Below, one piece after another: positions 17,265-26,858 of a stretch of 56,301 nucleotides of DNA. The notes beneath the pieces were generated by a model. The model did not search any database. It saw only the letters and a list, made by a program, of their open reading frames with translations, and had not been told where the DNA came from. A program made the translations under genes and the position numbers. The stretch's first letter is position 1; the number at the start of each line of letters is the position of its first letter. The DNA comes from a virus (taxonomy: Duplodnaviria; Caudoviricetes). The stretch lies in IMG/VR virus record IMGVR_UViG_3300030061_002141, positions 1 through 56,301 of that record, one strand, 5' to 3'.

Positions 17265-18322
17265 TAAAGCAAAGCCTCTTGTTCTGGAACCTTTCTATAA
17301 TCTACAATTTTTAATTCTTCTTTCGCTTTAGTTTTATCTTCTATACTATTTTTAATTATTCTTGCTACATATTCAGCTACAGGTGGCATTACACCTCTTG
17401 CAATTTGTGATCCAATAGAAGAAGCAGGTCCTTCCCATTTATAATCTACAGGGTACCCTGCCATATAAGCTAGTTCTTTATGACCAAATAATCTATCCTC
17501 TGTCGGATGTATATAAAATCCTCCAGCAATAACTGGTATATGAGCATCTGATTTTAATCTCCACTTCATAAATTGAGGTCTACCTTTAACTCCATTACGC
17601 ATACCTCCTCTTACCCAAGTTTCTGGTGGATTATATCTTTCCCATGTAACTCTTAAACTCTCTCCTTGTTTACAATGTTTTAGATAAGGTTTTTCGTTTT
17701 CACCTAATTTCATTAAGTGTCCTACATCTTTTCCATATTCTTTTTTAAAAGAACCTAATACTTCACCTGCGGTTGGTAAAGGTTGAAAGTTTAAACCACT
17801 TGCATTTAAATTATATTTAGTTGCTATAAAGAAAAATCTTTTTCTTGAATGATTTAAACCAGTAAAACCTCCATCAATAAGTAAGTGAGTTACTTGATAA
17901 CCAAGTTGATTTGCTTCTTTAGTTAATTCCATGATCATCGGTCGACCACCATTTTTACTATAAACTCTAGGAACAGATTCAATAGCTATCGCTTTAGGAT
18001 TTAATTCTTTTAATAAATTAAAACTATCTCTCCAACATTTAATTCTAGGATCATCTCTCCATGCTCCTGCTCCTTTTTGTGCTCCACCTAAATTAGACCA
18101 TGGCGCACATGGAGGATTACAATAAACAAAATCTATTTTATTTTTATATTTATCTCTTGGCCAATCGTCTTCACCTTCAAATACAGGTATATTTGGAAAA
18201 TTAGCTTTAAATGTTTTTTTATATAATCCAGGTTTTGATTCAAAATGTGCTTGTACATCGAAATGTTTTTTAACGCCTAGAGTAAAACCTCCAGCAAAAA
18301 TGTATGTTCCTAGTGCTTTCAT
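17264..18322 (-). CDS. Divergent DNA cytosine-C5 methyltransferase homolog
   Basis: Motif I YIFAGG, IV NPPCAPWS, VI ESVP, VIII HSRKRFF, IX HPTEDR, X QIARGV. Confidence 0.85.
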   Translation of the reverse strand: MKALGTYIFAGGFTLGVKKHFDVQAHFESKPGLYKKTFKANFPNIPVFEGEDDWPRDKYKNKIDFVYCNPPCAPWSNLGGAQKGAGAWRDDPRIKCWRDSFNLLKELNPKAIAIESVPRVYSKNGGRPMIMELTKEANQLGYQVTHLLIDGGFTGLNHSRKRFFFIATKYNLNASGLNFQPLPTAGEVLGSFKKEYGKDVGHLMKLGENEKPYLKHCKQGESLRVTWERYNPPETWVRGGMRNGVKGRPQFMKWRLKSDAHIPVIAGGFYIHPTEDRLFGHKELAYMAGYPVDYKWEGPASSIGSQIARGVMPPVAEYVARIIKNSIEDKTKAKEELKIVDYRKVPEQEALL

Positions 18323-18340
18323 AATTCTTTCTTTTTTTGG

Positions 18341-19849
18341 TTAACGAATATCATAACTATACTTCGTTTCAGGCTGTAATATAAACAAATTTTTTTTAGC
18401 TCTTGTAATTGCAACATAAAACACTCTATGTTCGTCATCTGGTTCAGTATTTAATTTACGCCAAGTTTTGTAAGAAATATCGGACATTACAACTACATTT
18501 TCACTTTCTCCACCTTTCATTCCATGTATTGTACTTAATCTAATTCTTGCTTTATTTTTAAATATATCTTTTGATTTAACTAAAGATTCAAACATAAGTA
18601 TGTCCTCTGGATCTAATCCTTGTAAAATATCTTGCCATTCACCTTCTGCTAGTAATCCAACATTTTCTTTTAAATAATCTAAATCAAAATCTATATCAGT
18701 TTCAATATTTTTCAAACCTTTAAATCCTCTTTTTACACCCACATTTGTTTTAAGACAAGAGTAAAGTTTTTTTAATTCATCATAAGAAATCTTTTCATTA
18801 TTATTTAAAGCAATCCATGAACGTATTGCAATTACATATTTATTAGCTCTAAATTCATTATAACCTTTTTCATAAAACCAACCCATTCTTTTACAATAAG
18901 ATTCAGCTTTATTTAATTGATACCCGGCTCTTGCTAAAACTAACCAATTACCTTTTGACATATCAATATCTTCAATAGATTGTATTTCAGTAATAGTTCC
19001 TTCTTCATCTCTACAAGACCACTCTTTAGTTTGTCTTAAAGATATTCTATTTGAAATTTGATTTGCAAGTCCATGAATTTTTTTAGGAAGTCTATATGAT
19101 ACAGGTAATACTTGTATGTTTCCTTTAATTGATAAGAATTTTCTAACATCTGCACCAGCCCACTTATAAATAGCTTGATCATCGTCACCTGCTATATACC
19201 TTATTTTACAGTTTTCACTTAATCTTTCTATAACTTTCCATTGTTTAGTTGTTAAATCTTGTGCTTCATCTACAAAAACTACATCTAATCTAGGTATATA
19301 TTCTTCTTCTAAAAATGCATCTAACATATCTGTAAAATCTAAAAGTCTTTTTTCTTTTTTAAAATTTTTAAGTGCTTTAGAAAAATAATCTTGTTCTTCA
19401 AAAGAATGATCACACTCTAATTCTTTCCAAACTGCTCTTAAATCTCTTTCACTTGATCTTGAAACCTCGTCACAAAATAAAAGTAAATCTCCTTTTTTAC
19501 TTCCTACAGATAAACCAGATGTATCTTCTTCTGATACACTCGACATCTCTACTCTTACTAATTCTGAAAACTCTTTTACACGTTCTCCTTTAAATACTTG
19601 ACCACTATTTATTGATAATGTTCTATAACATAAACTATGAATAGTTCTAAAATAATCTAAATCATCATCTGATAAATTAAATTTATGTATGACACGCCTA
19701 CGAGCTTCTTTTAATGCTCTACGAGTAAAAGAAAAAAAACCTATTCTACTAGGCTCGTAACCTTCTTTTATTTTTTCCTCTAGGATATTCAATAATGTTG
19801 TCGTTTTTCCTGTACCAGGACTTCCAAATATCTTTATTGTTTCGCTCAT
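18341..19849 (-). CDS. UvrD/Rep-family SF1 helicase
   Basis: GSPGTGKT, VDEAQD, GDDDQAIY, STIHGMKGGE and YVAITRAK. Confidence 0.92.
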   Translation of the reverse strand: MSETIKIFGSPGTGKTTTLLNILEEKIKEGYEPSRIGFFSFTRRALKEARRRVIHKFNLSDDDLDYFRTIHSLCYRTLSINSGQVFKGERVKEFSELVRVEMSSVSEEDTSGLSVGSKKGDLLLFCDEVSRSSERDLRAVWKELECDHSFEEQDYFSKALKNFKKEKRLLDFTDMLDAFLEEEYIPRLDVVFVDEAQDLTTKQWKVIERLSENCKIRYIAGDDDQAIYKWAGADVRKFLSIKGNIQVLPVSYRLPKKIHGLANQISNRISLRQTKEWSCRDEEGTITEIQSIEDIDMSKGNWLVLARAGYQLNKAESYCKRMGWFYEKGYNEFRANKYVIAIRSWIALNNNEKISYDELKKLYSCLKTNVGVKRGFKGLKNIETDIDFDLDYLKENVGLLAEGEWQDILQGLDPEDILMFESLVKSKDIFKNKARIRLSTIHGMKGGESENVVVMSDISYKTWRKLNTEPDDEHRVFYVAITRAKKNLFILQPETKYSYDIR

Positions 19850-19952
19850 TAACTTTAATTCCTTTTCTTTTTAATTCGCAAGGCGCACAGTAATAAATTT
19901 TATCTTCTACTATGTGGGCTAACTCACCACATAAAGAACATTTTTTAGCCAT
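19749..19952 (-). CDS. Small Zn-finger protein
   Basis: CSLC...CAPC; overlaps neighbours. Confidence 0.5.
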   Translation of the reverse strand: MAKKCSLCGELAHIVEDKIYYCAPCELKRKGIKVNERNNKDIWKSWYRKNDNIIEYPRGKNKRRLRA

Positions 19953-20748
19953 GTTTACTATAAATTTTTCTTAAAGTATCATATTGCTTACTAGACAATA
20001 ATATATGTTCGTCATACTTATCGAGCTTTTCAATAACTGACTGACAAAAATTATTTTCCCATTCATTTATTTTAGTTACATCAATATTATTTAAAAAATT
20101 AACAAGATTTTTATACTTTTCTCCATCAATTCTTTTTAATAATTCTTTTGGTATATCTTGTGGACCTTTTAATAAAATTGCTTTTCTTCTTAATTGAAAG
20201 TAAAGCTCTCTACATAATTGTACATCTAATAAAGCATCGTGATAATTTTGAACTCCTTTATGAAAAAAGTGATCAAAACATTCTTGTAATTTAGGAAATT
20301 TATAATCACTAAATTTACCTTCTAATTTCATTTCATCTTTAGATGTCATCATAGTACAATGAAAATTATCTGGTTTTTTCCACATATATTTTAAAAGATT
20401 TACTTCTCTTTGAATTATTTGAATATCAAATGCTAAATTATGAGCAACTAAAGTATGACATTTACTAGAAAAATAAGTAAACACTGCTAATGCAACATTA
20501 AGAGATATACCGGTGTCTTGTGCTTCTTTAGTAGATATTCCATGAATATCTGCAGCTTCTTTAGGTATTTTAAATTCTGGATACTCTACATTTTTAGGTT
20601 CTATTCTACTAGAATATTGAGCAACAACTTTTTCATTATCATCAGTAACTTGAAAAGCTAAACTGACTAATCTTGGTTGATCTTCGTGGTCTGGATTTAA
20701 ATCTCTACGCCATAAACCATTTGTTTCTGTATCAAAAAATAAAATCAT
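19945..20748 (-). CDS. DEDDh 3'-5' exonuclease (DnaQ-like)
   Basis: FFDTET, HGI, VAHNLAFD and HDALLDV. Confidence 0.9.
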   Translation of the reverse strand: MILFFDTETNGLWRRDLNPDHEDQPRLVSLAFQVTDDNEKVVAQYSSRIEPKNVEYPEFKIPKEAADIHGISTKEAQDTGISLNVALAVFTYFSSKCHTLVAHNLAFDIQIIQREVNLLKYMWKKPDNFHCTMMTSKDEMKLEGKFSDYKFPKLQECFDHFFHKGVQNYHDALLDVQLCRELYFQLRRKAILLKGPQDIPKELLKRIDGEKYKNLVNFLNNIDVTKINEWENNFCQSVIEKLDKYDEHILLSSKQYDTLRKIYSKHG

Positions 20749-20957
20749 ACTCCCTTTCTAACATCAAAAGATATTCCTTTAACTTCTACTTTAGCATCTT
20801 TTTTATTTGATTGTATATCTTTTTCTAAAAAAAGAATTGCAGCAGTAAGATCATCGCTTACTTTTTCAGTATAACCTGCTTCTTGTCTTATTTTAATCGC
20901 TTCACAATTAGTTTTTGCAAAATCAAGTAGAATATTAATTGCTCTTTCTTTATTCAT
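20745..20957 (-). CDS. Hypothetical protein
   Basis: Translationally coupled ORF. Confidence 0.55.
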   Translation of the reverse strand: MNKERAINILLDFAKTNCEAIKIRQEAGYTEKVSDDLTAAILFLEKDIQSNKKDAKVEVKGISFDVRKGV

Positions 20958-22455
20958 AAGCCTCCTTTTCTATTTTTGGTTGTGTAAATTCTTCTTCTTG
21001 AATACTAAAATTTTTTATAGACCATACATTCATAAATTTACCTTTTACTTTCTTACCAGAATGTTCTGCTCCTAAATTTTTAAGATAAGCTGTTATTTCA
21101 TTTAACTTAAATTCTTTAAATCTATGTCTATCTAAAAATTCCATTAAATCATTTATTCTAAATTCTGTGTGAGTAGAATTTATAATAGCTTTACCTCTTA
21201 AAATATCTTCTACTTCTGATGAAGAAGTTGAACCAGTACAAAATCTTTCTAATAAATCTAATAAACGACCTTCATTACTACTATCTTTAGGTGCTTCTAC
21301 TGCAATAACTCTTGACATAAGATCATTTACTGATTCGGTCCATAATTTATCATTTATTTTAGGTAGTAACATATCTAAATTTTCAAATACAACTTGTTTA
21401 AAATCCATAAAATTATAAATTTGTTTACTAGCTAATGGACCAATCTTTCTTTCATTAAGTGTTAAAAAGTATTGTGGTGGATTAGTAAGTATTTTAGTAA
21501 TACTATTTAAAACTGGCATTGTTCCTTCATCGCTTATACCATATTCGCAAGTTAAACATTTAGTTTTATTACAAACAGAATTAATAGGACTATCTTTACA
21601 TTTATAGTTATAAGTTTTTTTATCTAGACTGTTTAATACAGATGTAAATTCTCTTGGTTTTAACGGTGGATCTATGTACTCATCATTATATTCTTCTAAC
21701 TTTTCTTGCCATTCTTCTGGAAATCTTTTTCTTAAATAGACACCTATGTTAAATAAACCATTATTTCTACCACCTTCTCCTAAAGCACCTTGAGAAAGTA
21801 AATCTTGTAAACAAGGTGGTCCTCCCGGGAGTATTTCGTTTGATTTATTTTCTTTTTTTATAAAATCTAATTTTATTTCATCTAAAGAATTTACTGCAAA
21901 CTTTTCTACCCATTGTAAAAAATGTTCTAAAGATAATGCTTTACCATCATATAAAGCATATCTATCTGTTTCTTCTCCATTAAAGTATGGCATATTAAGC
22001 CAACTACCTACATCGTCTTCGTTCAATAATTGAGTTTGTTGTGGTCTTAAATCGTATTTTACAAAACCAAAAGCTTTAGCTATCGCTTTTAATTTTTCTA
22101 TCATTGATTTTGCAGATACAAATTTTTTAGTAAAAATAAATATGTGAGCACCACCTGATTTTGATCTACATACTATTAAATTCTTTTTTACAAATTGTTT
22201 TGAAATTTTTTCTATATTTACTGAGTAATCGTCCACATCTAGACAACCCCATTTACATTTATTATCTTCATTAATAGGTATAACACCTAATCCAGTTTTA
22301 CCAGATAGGTGTTCTACCCATAAGTCTTCAACATATTTTTCTCTTATTGTTTTTCCATAGCCATCAAGCTTAGGTCCTTTTCTTTCTGTAATAAAAAAGT
22401 GACCATAAGCCCGATGTAAACCAGGAAATATTTCAAAGAGTTTAGAATGGTGCAT
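20950..22455 (-). CDS. Primase-polymerase (AEP superfamily) with PriCT-type domain
   Basis: CLDVD, RSKSGGAH, PPCL...GRNN and Cys cluster. Confidence 0.8.
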   Translation of the reverse strand: MHHSKLFEIFPGLHRAYGHFFITERKGPKLDGYGKTIREKYVEDLWVEHLSGKTGLGVIPINEDNKCKWGCLDVDDYSVNIEKISKQFVKKNLIVCRSKSGGAHIFIFTKKFVSAKSMIEKLKAIAKAFGFVKYDLRPQQTQLLNEDDVGSWLNMPYFNGEETDRYALYDGKALSLEHFLQWVEKFAVNSLDEIKLDFIKKENKSNEILPGGPPCLQDLLSQGALGEGGRNNGLFNIGVYLRKRFPEEWQEKLEEYNDEYIDPPLKPREFTSVLNSLDKKTYNYKCKDSPINSVCNKTKCLTCEYGISDEGTMPVLNSITKILTNPPQYFLTLNERKIGPLASKQIYNFMDFKQVVFENLDMLLPKINDKLWTESVNDLMSRVIAVEAPKDSSNEGRLLDLLERFCTGSTSSSEVEDILRGKAIINSTHTEFRINDLMEFLDRHRFKEFKLNEITAYLKNLGAEHSGKKVKGKFMNVWSIKNFSIQEEEFTQPKIEKEAYE

Positions 22456-23197
22456 CTTCTCCAGAAGTTTCTGTTGGCTCTGATGCTTTAACTTTTCCAG
22501 TTGTTACTGAATCAGCTAGTTTTTCACCCTCTTTAAAGATGTCTTTACTATCTACTTGACCTGCTTCTTCGATTTTATATTTATGCCAATTACCTAAATC
22601 GTTTTCAGCTTCGACTGTAGATAATTTAAATTTATATAAAAAAGAAGGTGCTTCAACAGTTTGACCTTTTACATTTAATCTTTTCATTTTAAGAAGTGTA
22701 TTCCACTTTCTTGAAACACCAAGATTGCTTGAAGTCATTGTTAAAACAGCAGGTGAGTAACCTTCTGACGTTTTTACTAGAACAAAATGTTCAGCTGTAT
22801 CAACTATTTGATTTTCGCCTAAAAAAGTTTTTCTAGTTTTAGGATCAGTTGTAGCTTTTTCTGGTTTTAAATCATGAACAGCTACTAGACCACCGCCTTT
22901 TTCTCTTGGTACCCACTCTACATATGTTTTACGATATCCACAAGGTACTACTTCTAAACTATCTTTAAATAATTCGTTAGTAACAGTATTGAATATCATA
23001 CCTTCATCTGCTCCGTCAATGTATTTTTCGTCTTTCTTTTTACGTTGTGGCGAACCAGATTGTATTATAGCTAGTCTAGGAATAGTAACATCATCGTTAC
23101 TTATATTTTGTAACCCTTTACCAGCACTTGCTAAAATTAAATCATCTGGTAATGCAATATTACTATTTGATTTTTTAGCTATTTCTTTATCACTCAT
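22442..23197 (-). CDS. Putative single-stranded DNA-binding protein
   Basis: IPRL.IIQ..SPQ motif, acidic C-terminus ending in EDAPF; replication operon context. Confidence 0.65.
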   Translation of the reverse strand: MSDKEIAKKSNSNIALPDDLILASAGKGLQNISNDDVTIPRLAIIQSGSPQRKKKDEKYIDGADEGMIFNTVTNELFKDSLEVVPCGYRKTYVEWVPREKGGGLVAVHDLKPEKATTDPKTRKTFLGENQIVDTAEHFVLVKTSEGYSPAVLTMTSSNLGVSRKWNTLLKMKRLNVKGQTVEAPSFLYKFKLSTVEAENDLGNWHKYKIEEAGQVDSKDIFKEGEKLADSVTTGKVKASEPTETSGEDAPF

Positions 23198-23198
23198 T

Positions 23199-23783
23199 TT
23201 ATTTCTCCTTTCCAAGTGTCACTTTTGCAATAGATGCTTCGTATACATTAAATAAATCCTCTGGAAGAGTTTCACCTAATTTATATTGATCTTTAGCAAA
23301 AGCTTTTAAAGTTTGTGAATGGACTGTACTGTTTTCATCATAAGGAATATTCTTAAAATTTTTATTAAGAACCTCCACTAACTTATCAGCTTGATCGTAT
23401 TCACCTTTTGCAAAACTTACTTTTACATCGTGTTTAATAAGTCCTGCGTGTCCATTTTCTTCTAACCATTTTAAAGCATCTGCTTTTTTATCTAATGGTA
23501 TAGAACAAAATATATCGTCTTTTACTTTTATTTGACTACCGTCTTTTAAATCGAAACGTGTCATTCCATTACACGCTCTCATAGCATCTGGTAGTTCTTT
23601 TTCTTCTATGTCTCTTATCTCTGCTTTCAAAGTTTTCAATCTTTCTTCTTCTTTAGCAAGATTTTTTTTCTTCTCTACCAATTTATTTCCAATTTTAGTA
23701 ACTACTTCTAGTCCTACACTTGGAAGTTTTTTCTTTTTACTATGTTTTTCAACTTCGTCAAATATCCATGTTTCTTTAGACAT
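23199..23783 (-). CDS. Conserved replication-module protein
   Basis: WLEENGH.GLIK...TVHSQTLKAF pattern typical of phage replication clusters. Confidence 0.6.
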   Translation of the reverse strand: MSKETWIFDEVEKHSKKKKLPSVGLEVVTKIGNKLVEKKKNLAKEEERLKTLKAEIRDIEEKELPDAMRACNGMTRFDLKDGSQIKVKDDIFCSIPLDKKADALKWLEENGHAGLIKHDVKVSFAKGEYDQADKLVEVLNKNFKNIPYDENSTVHSQTLKAFAKDQYKLGETLPEDLFNVYEASIAKVTLGKEK

Positions 23784-24105
23784 TACTTTCTCCTTTCTGA
23801 TACATATCTATTTTTACATTATAGTAGCAACTATTTTCTCTATCCCATTTAAGTATATTTACTTTTCCATTATTAACTTCAGAAGCAATTATACAAGATA
23901 TTCCAATAGCTACAGGATCACCCATCGCAAGAATAAAATCGTCATCATTATAATCTTTTAATTTTTGACGCATTAATCTTACTACAGGAGCAGACGACAA
24001 TGTAATTTGTTTACCAGGATTTAATAACGGTATCAATTCGCCATATCGTCCTGCTGCAAGAATATTAACTCTTGGATTTTCTTGCACTACATAAACTTTC
24101 GCCAT
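23776..24105 (-). CDS. Conserved phage protein
   Basis: VYVVQE...A.RYG...DFIL.MGDP...LKWD; first gene of the replication operon. Confidence 0.65.
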   Translation of the reverse strand: MAKVYVVQENPRVNILAAGRYGELIPLLNPGKQITLSSAPVVRLMRQKLKDYNDDDFILAMGDPVAIGISCIIASEVNNGKVNILKWDRENSCYYNVKIDMYQKGESNV

Positions 24106-24189
24106 AGTTCTCCTTTCTTAGTTTTTAGATTTACTTATAAATTAAATTCTATATAAAGTAAATTAATAATTAGAAAACAGAAAGAATAT
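24106..24189. promoter_or_regulatory. Divergent promoter region (replication operon / helicase)
   Basis: AT-rich gap between head-to-head genes, with RBS-like sequences on both strands. Confidence 0.5.
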
Positions 24190-25665
24190 ATGCAAGTACA
24201 GTTTATCGATGATCAGGATTTTATAAAGTATAAGTTTAAAACTAAACCTTATAAACATCAGTATGATGCATTTTTAAAATGCAAAGATAAAGAGAGCTAC
24301 GCTTTGTTTATGGAACAAGGTACAGGTAAATCTAAAGTTATTATAGATAATATCGCTTATCTTTATAGAGAAGGTAAAATAGATACAGCAATCATTGCTG
24401 CACCTAAAGGTGTATATCGTAATTGGCTAAGTTCTGAGTTTAATACTCATATGCCTGATGATGTTAAAAGTTTTACAGAAATGTTAGTATGGTCGCCTTC
24501 TGAAACTAAATCAAATATAGAAGCTCTTACTAATTTTCTTAAACCGAACAATACTTTAAAATTTTTTATTATTAACATAGAAGCTTTATCGACTGGTAAA
24601 GGTAAAAACTATTTACATAGATTATTAAATTCAAGTAAAGCTTTTTTCTGTATAGATGAAAGTACAAATATAAAAAATAGAACAGCAAGAAGAACTAAAG
24701 CTTGTCTTAAATTAGGTCGTCTTGCAAAATATAGAAGAATATTAACTGGTACACCAGTGACCCAAGGTCCATTAGACTTATGGGCTCAAGTAAATTTTTT
24801 AGATGAGTATATTCTACAAGCAAGTTTCTATGCATATAGAAATACTTTTTGTGTTATAAGAAGAAGACGAGTATCAACTCATAGTTTTGATGAAATTACT
24901 GGCTATCAAAGATTAGAAGAATTACAATCTATCTTAGATAAACATAGTTTCAGAGTTACTAAAGAAGAATGCTTAGATTTACCACCAAAAGTACGAACTA
25001 TTAGACAAATCGACATGACGCCTGCTCAGAAGCTCATGTACACGCAACTTAAAAAACGTGCTATACTAGAACTAGAACAAGAGAAATTAGTGACTGCGCC
25101 TCTTATTATCACACGAATTCTACGTTTACAGCAGATATTATGTGGATTTGTTAAATTTGACGATGGAACTGAAGAAATTATTAAAGGTGCTAATCCTAGA
25201 CTAGATGAACTATTAGATGTACTTGAAGAAACTCAAGGTGGAGTAATTATATGGGCTACGTTTAGAAGAACGATACAAATGATCCGTGATGCTCTAGCTA
25301 AAAAATATGGAGCAAGTAAAGTTGCAACATATTATGGAGAGACAGAATCAGAAGTAAGACAAGAAATAGTTGAGAAGTTTCAAAAAGGTGAGATTAAATA
25401 TTTTATAGGCCAACCTAGAACTGGAGGTTATGGTCTTACATTAACTAATGCAAAGACTGTTATATATTTTAATAATACTTATGATATGGAAGTTAGATTA
25501 CAGTCAGAAGATAGAGCACATAGAATAGGTCAAAAAGATAAAGTATTATATATAGACTTTGTATGTCCTAAAACTATAGATGAAAAGATACTTAAAACTT
25601 TAAGTAATAAGAAAAAATTAGCTGATCAAATAACTGGTGATAATTGGAAAGAATTATTTATCTAG
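24190..25665 (+). CDS. SNF2-family (SF2) helicase
   Basis: MEQGTGKS, IDEST.IKN, LTGTP, GGYGLTL and QSEDRAHRIGQ. Confidence 0.92.
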   Translation: MQVQFIDDQDFIKYKFKTKPYKHQYDAFLKCKDKESYALFMEQGTGKSKVIIDNIAYLYREGKIDTAIIAAPKGVYRNWLSSEFNTHMPDDVKSFTEMLVWSPSETKSNIEALTNFLKPNNTLKFFIINIEALSTGKGKNYLHRLLNSSKAFFCIDESTNIKNRTARRTKACLKLGRLAKYRRILTGTPVTQGPLDLWAQVNFLDEYILQASFYAYRNTFCVIRRRRVSTHSFDEITGYQRLEELQSILDKHSFRVTKEECLDLPPKVRTIRQIDMTPAQKLMYTQLKKRAILELEQEKLVTAPLIITRILRLQQILCGFVKFDDGTEEIIKGANPRLDELLDVLEETQGGVIIWATFRRTIQMIRDALAKKYGASKVATYYGETESEVRQEIVEKFQKGEIKYFIGQPRTGGYGLTLTNAKTVIYFNNTYDMEVRLQSEDRAHRIGQKDKVLYIDFVCPKTIDEKILKTLSNKKKLADQITGDNWKELFI

Positions 25666-25748
25666 CAGGACCGCCATATAAAGCTAAAAGAACCATTAAT
25701 ATAATTAATGTACCTGTAAAATAATAATTCATCTTAGCACACTCCATA

Positions 25749-26138
25749 TTATTTTCTTTTAATTATATCGGCTCCTTTCAATCCGTATATTGCTGAAACT
25801 ACACCAATAAACAACGCTTGATACCAATAAGGCATATTATTAAATTGATCGAAGAACAATTTTAATTTAGCATGAATCTCTGGATCGTCAGAAAAAATAG
25901 AATACACCAATATAAGAACAGGAGCGGACACCAAAATAAGTACAAATTCGTCCTTCCATCCTTGTTGATTATTTTTAATAACTTCTTTTTTATATTCCAG
26001 TTCTCCATTGGCCATCCTTTCAGCGTGTTTCATTTCAGCCATAGATTCAAATTCTTTTGCTTGTCTTCGATTAGCTGCAATTTTCATTCCAGTCTTAATC
26101 ATTCCCGGGACAAGCTTACTTGCGATATTAAGCCACAT
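25749..26138 (-). CDS. Putative holin
   Basis: Two hydrophobic segments after WKDE; follows the endolysin. Confidence 0.6.
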   Translation of the reverse strand: MWLNIASKLVPGMIKTGMKIAANRRQAKEFESMAEMKHAERMANGELEYKKEVIKNNQQGWKDEFVLILVSAPVLILVYSIFSDDPEIHAKLKLFFDQFNNMPYWYQALFIGVVSAIYGLKGADIIKRK

Positions 26139-26571
26139 TAATAGCCTCCTTGTTTAACCATTCTTTTACATTAAAGCCTGGACAATTAGGTTTGTTTTCT
26201 TGAACATCACAATGACCTAGAATTTCAGTTATGTCTGAATACTTGTCCATTATCATATTAATTAAATCTTTTAAAGTTAAAAATTGTTCTAGAGTAAAAT
26301 TATTTTCTGCTGTACCATCTTCTGCCATACCGCCGACTAAACAGATACCTATACTTCTTGAATTATGAGAAGGCGCATGTGCTCCAGAGTATCCTTCAGG
26401 TCTAGCTTTTTCATATTTACCATTACGTCTTATTATAAAATGATAACCTACGTCATCCCAACCATTTTGATCCACGTGCCACTTTCTAATTTCATTATAG
26501 CCAATATCCATAGATGGCTTAGTTGCAGCACAATGTATTATTATTGAATCAGTTTTTTTTCTTAAATCCAT
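26128..26571 (-). CDS. Endolysin, T7-type N-acetylmuramoyl-L-alanine amidase
   Basis: IIIHCAAT, GW.DVGYHF, GAHA, SIGICLVGG and GH.D...CP.F. Confidence 0.93.
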   Translation of the reverse strand: MDLRKKTDSIIIHCAATKPSMDIGYNEIRKWHVDQNGWDDVGYHFIIRRNGKYEKARPEGYSGAHAPSHNSRSIGICLVGGMAEDGTAENNFTLEQFLTLKDLINMIMDKYSDITEILGHCDVQENKPNCPGFNVKEWLNKEAINVA

Positions 26572-26858
26572 TCAGCACTCCTTCTAGGCACTATTCTACA
26601 CTTTTTTTGTTCTAAGTCTACACTCAAAATTTTAACTCTTTGATCCTTGACTCTAGGAGTTCTAGAAATAAGACTACCATCTTTTCTACGACCTACATGT
26701 TTTACATCAAAATAAGAGCTTTTAAGAGTTGTTGGATCTACTGCAATAATATCTATAGGTGAATGTGTTTGAGAACCTTTATAAACGTAATAGCCTTGTT
26801 CTTGTAACCAGACTACTGCTAAATTTTCACAAAGACAACCTTTATTTTTTTTAATCAC
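26562..26858 (-). CDS. PD-(D/E)XK nuclease-like protein
   Basis: E.LA..WL...GY...PIDIIA...DVK. Confidence 0.6.
   Translation of the reverse strand: MIKKNKGCLCENLAVVWLQEQGYYVYKGSQTHSPIDIIAVDPTTLKSSYFDVKHVGRRKDGSLISRTPRVKDQRVKILSVDLEQKKCRIVPRRSAEWI

Noticed and set aside
8903-18322. Known 7-deazaguanine, diaminopurine (PurZ) or amino-thymidine hypermodification systems
   Set aside because: No DpdA/QueCDE/FolE, PurZ or aGPT-pyrophosphorylase-like genes recognised; the PP-loop enzyme has NadE rather than QueC motifs
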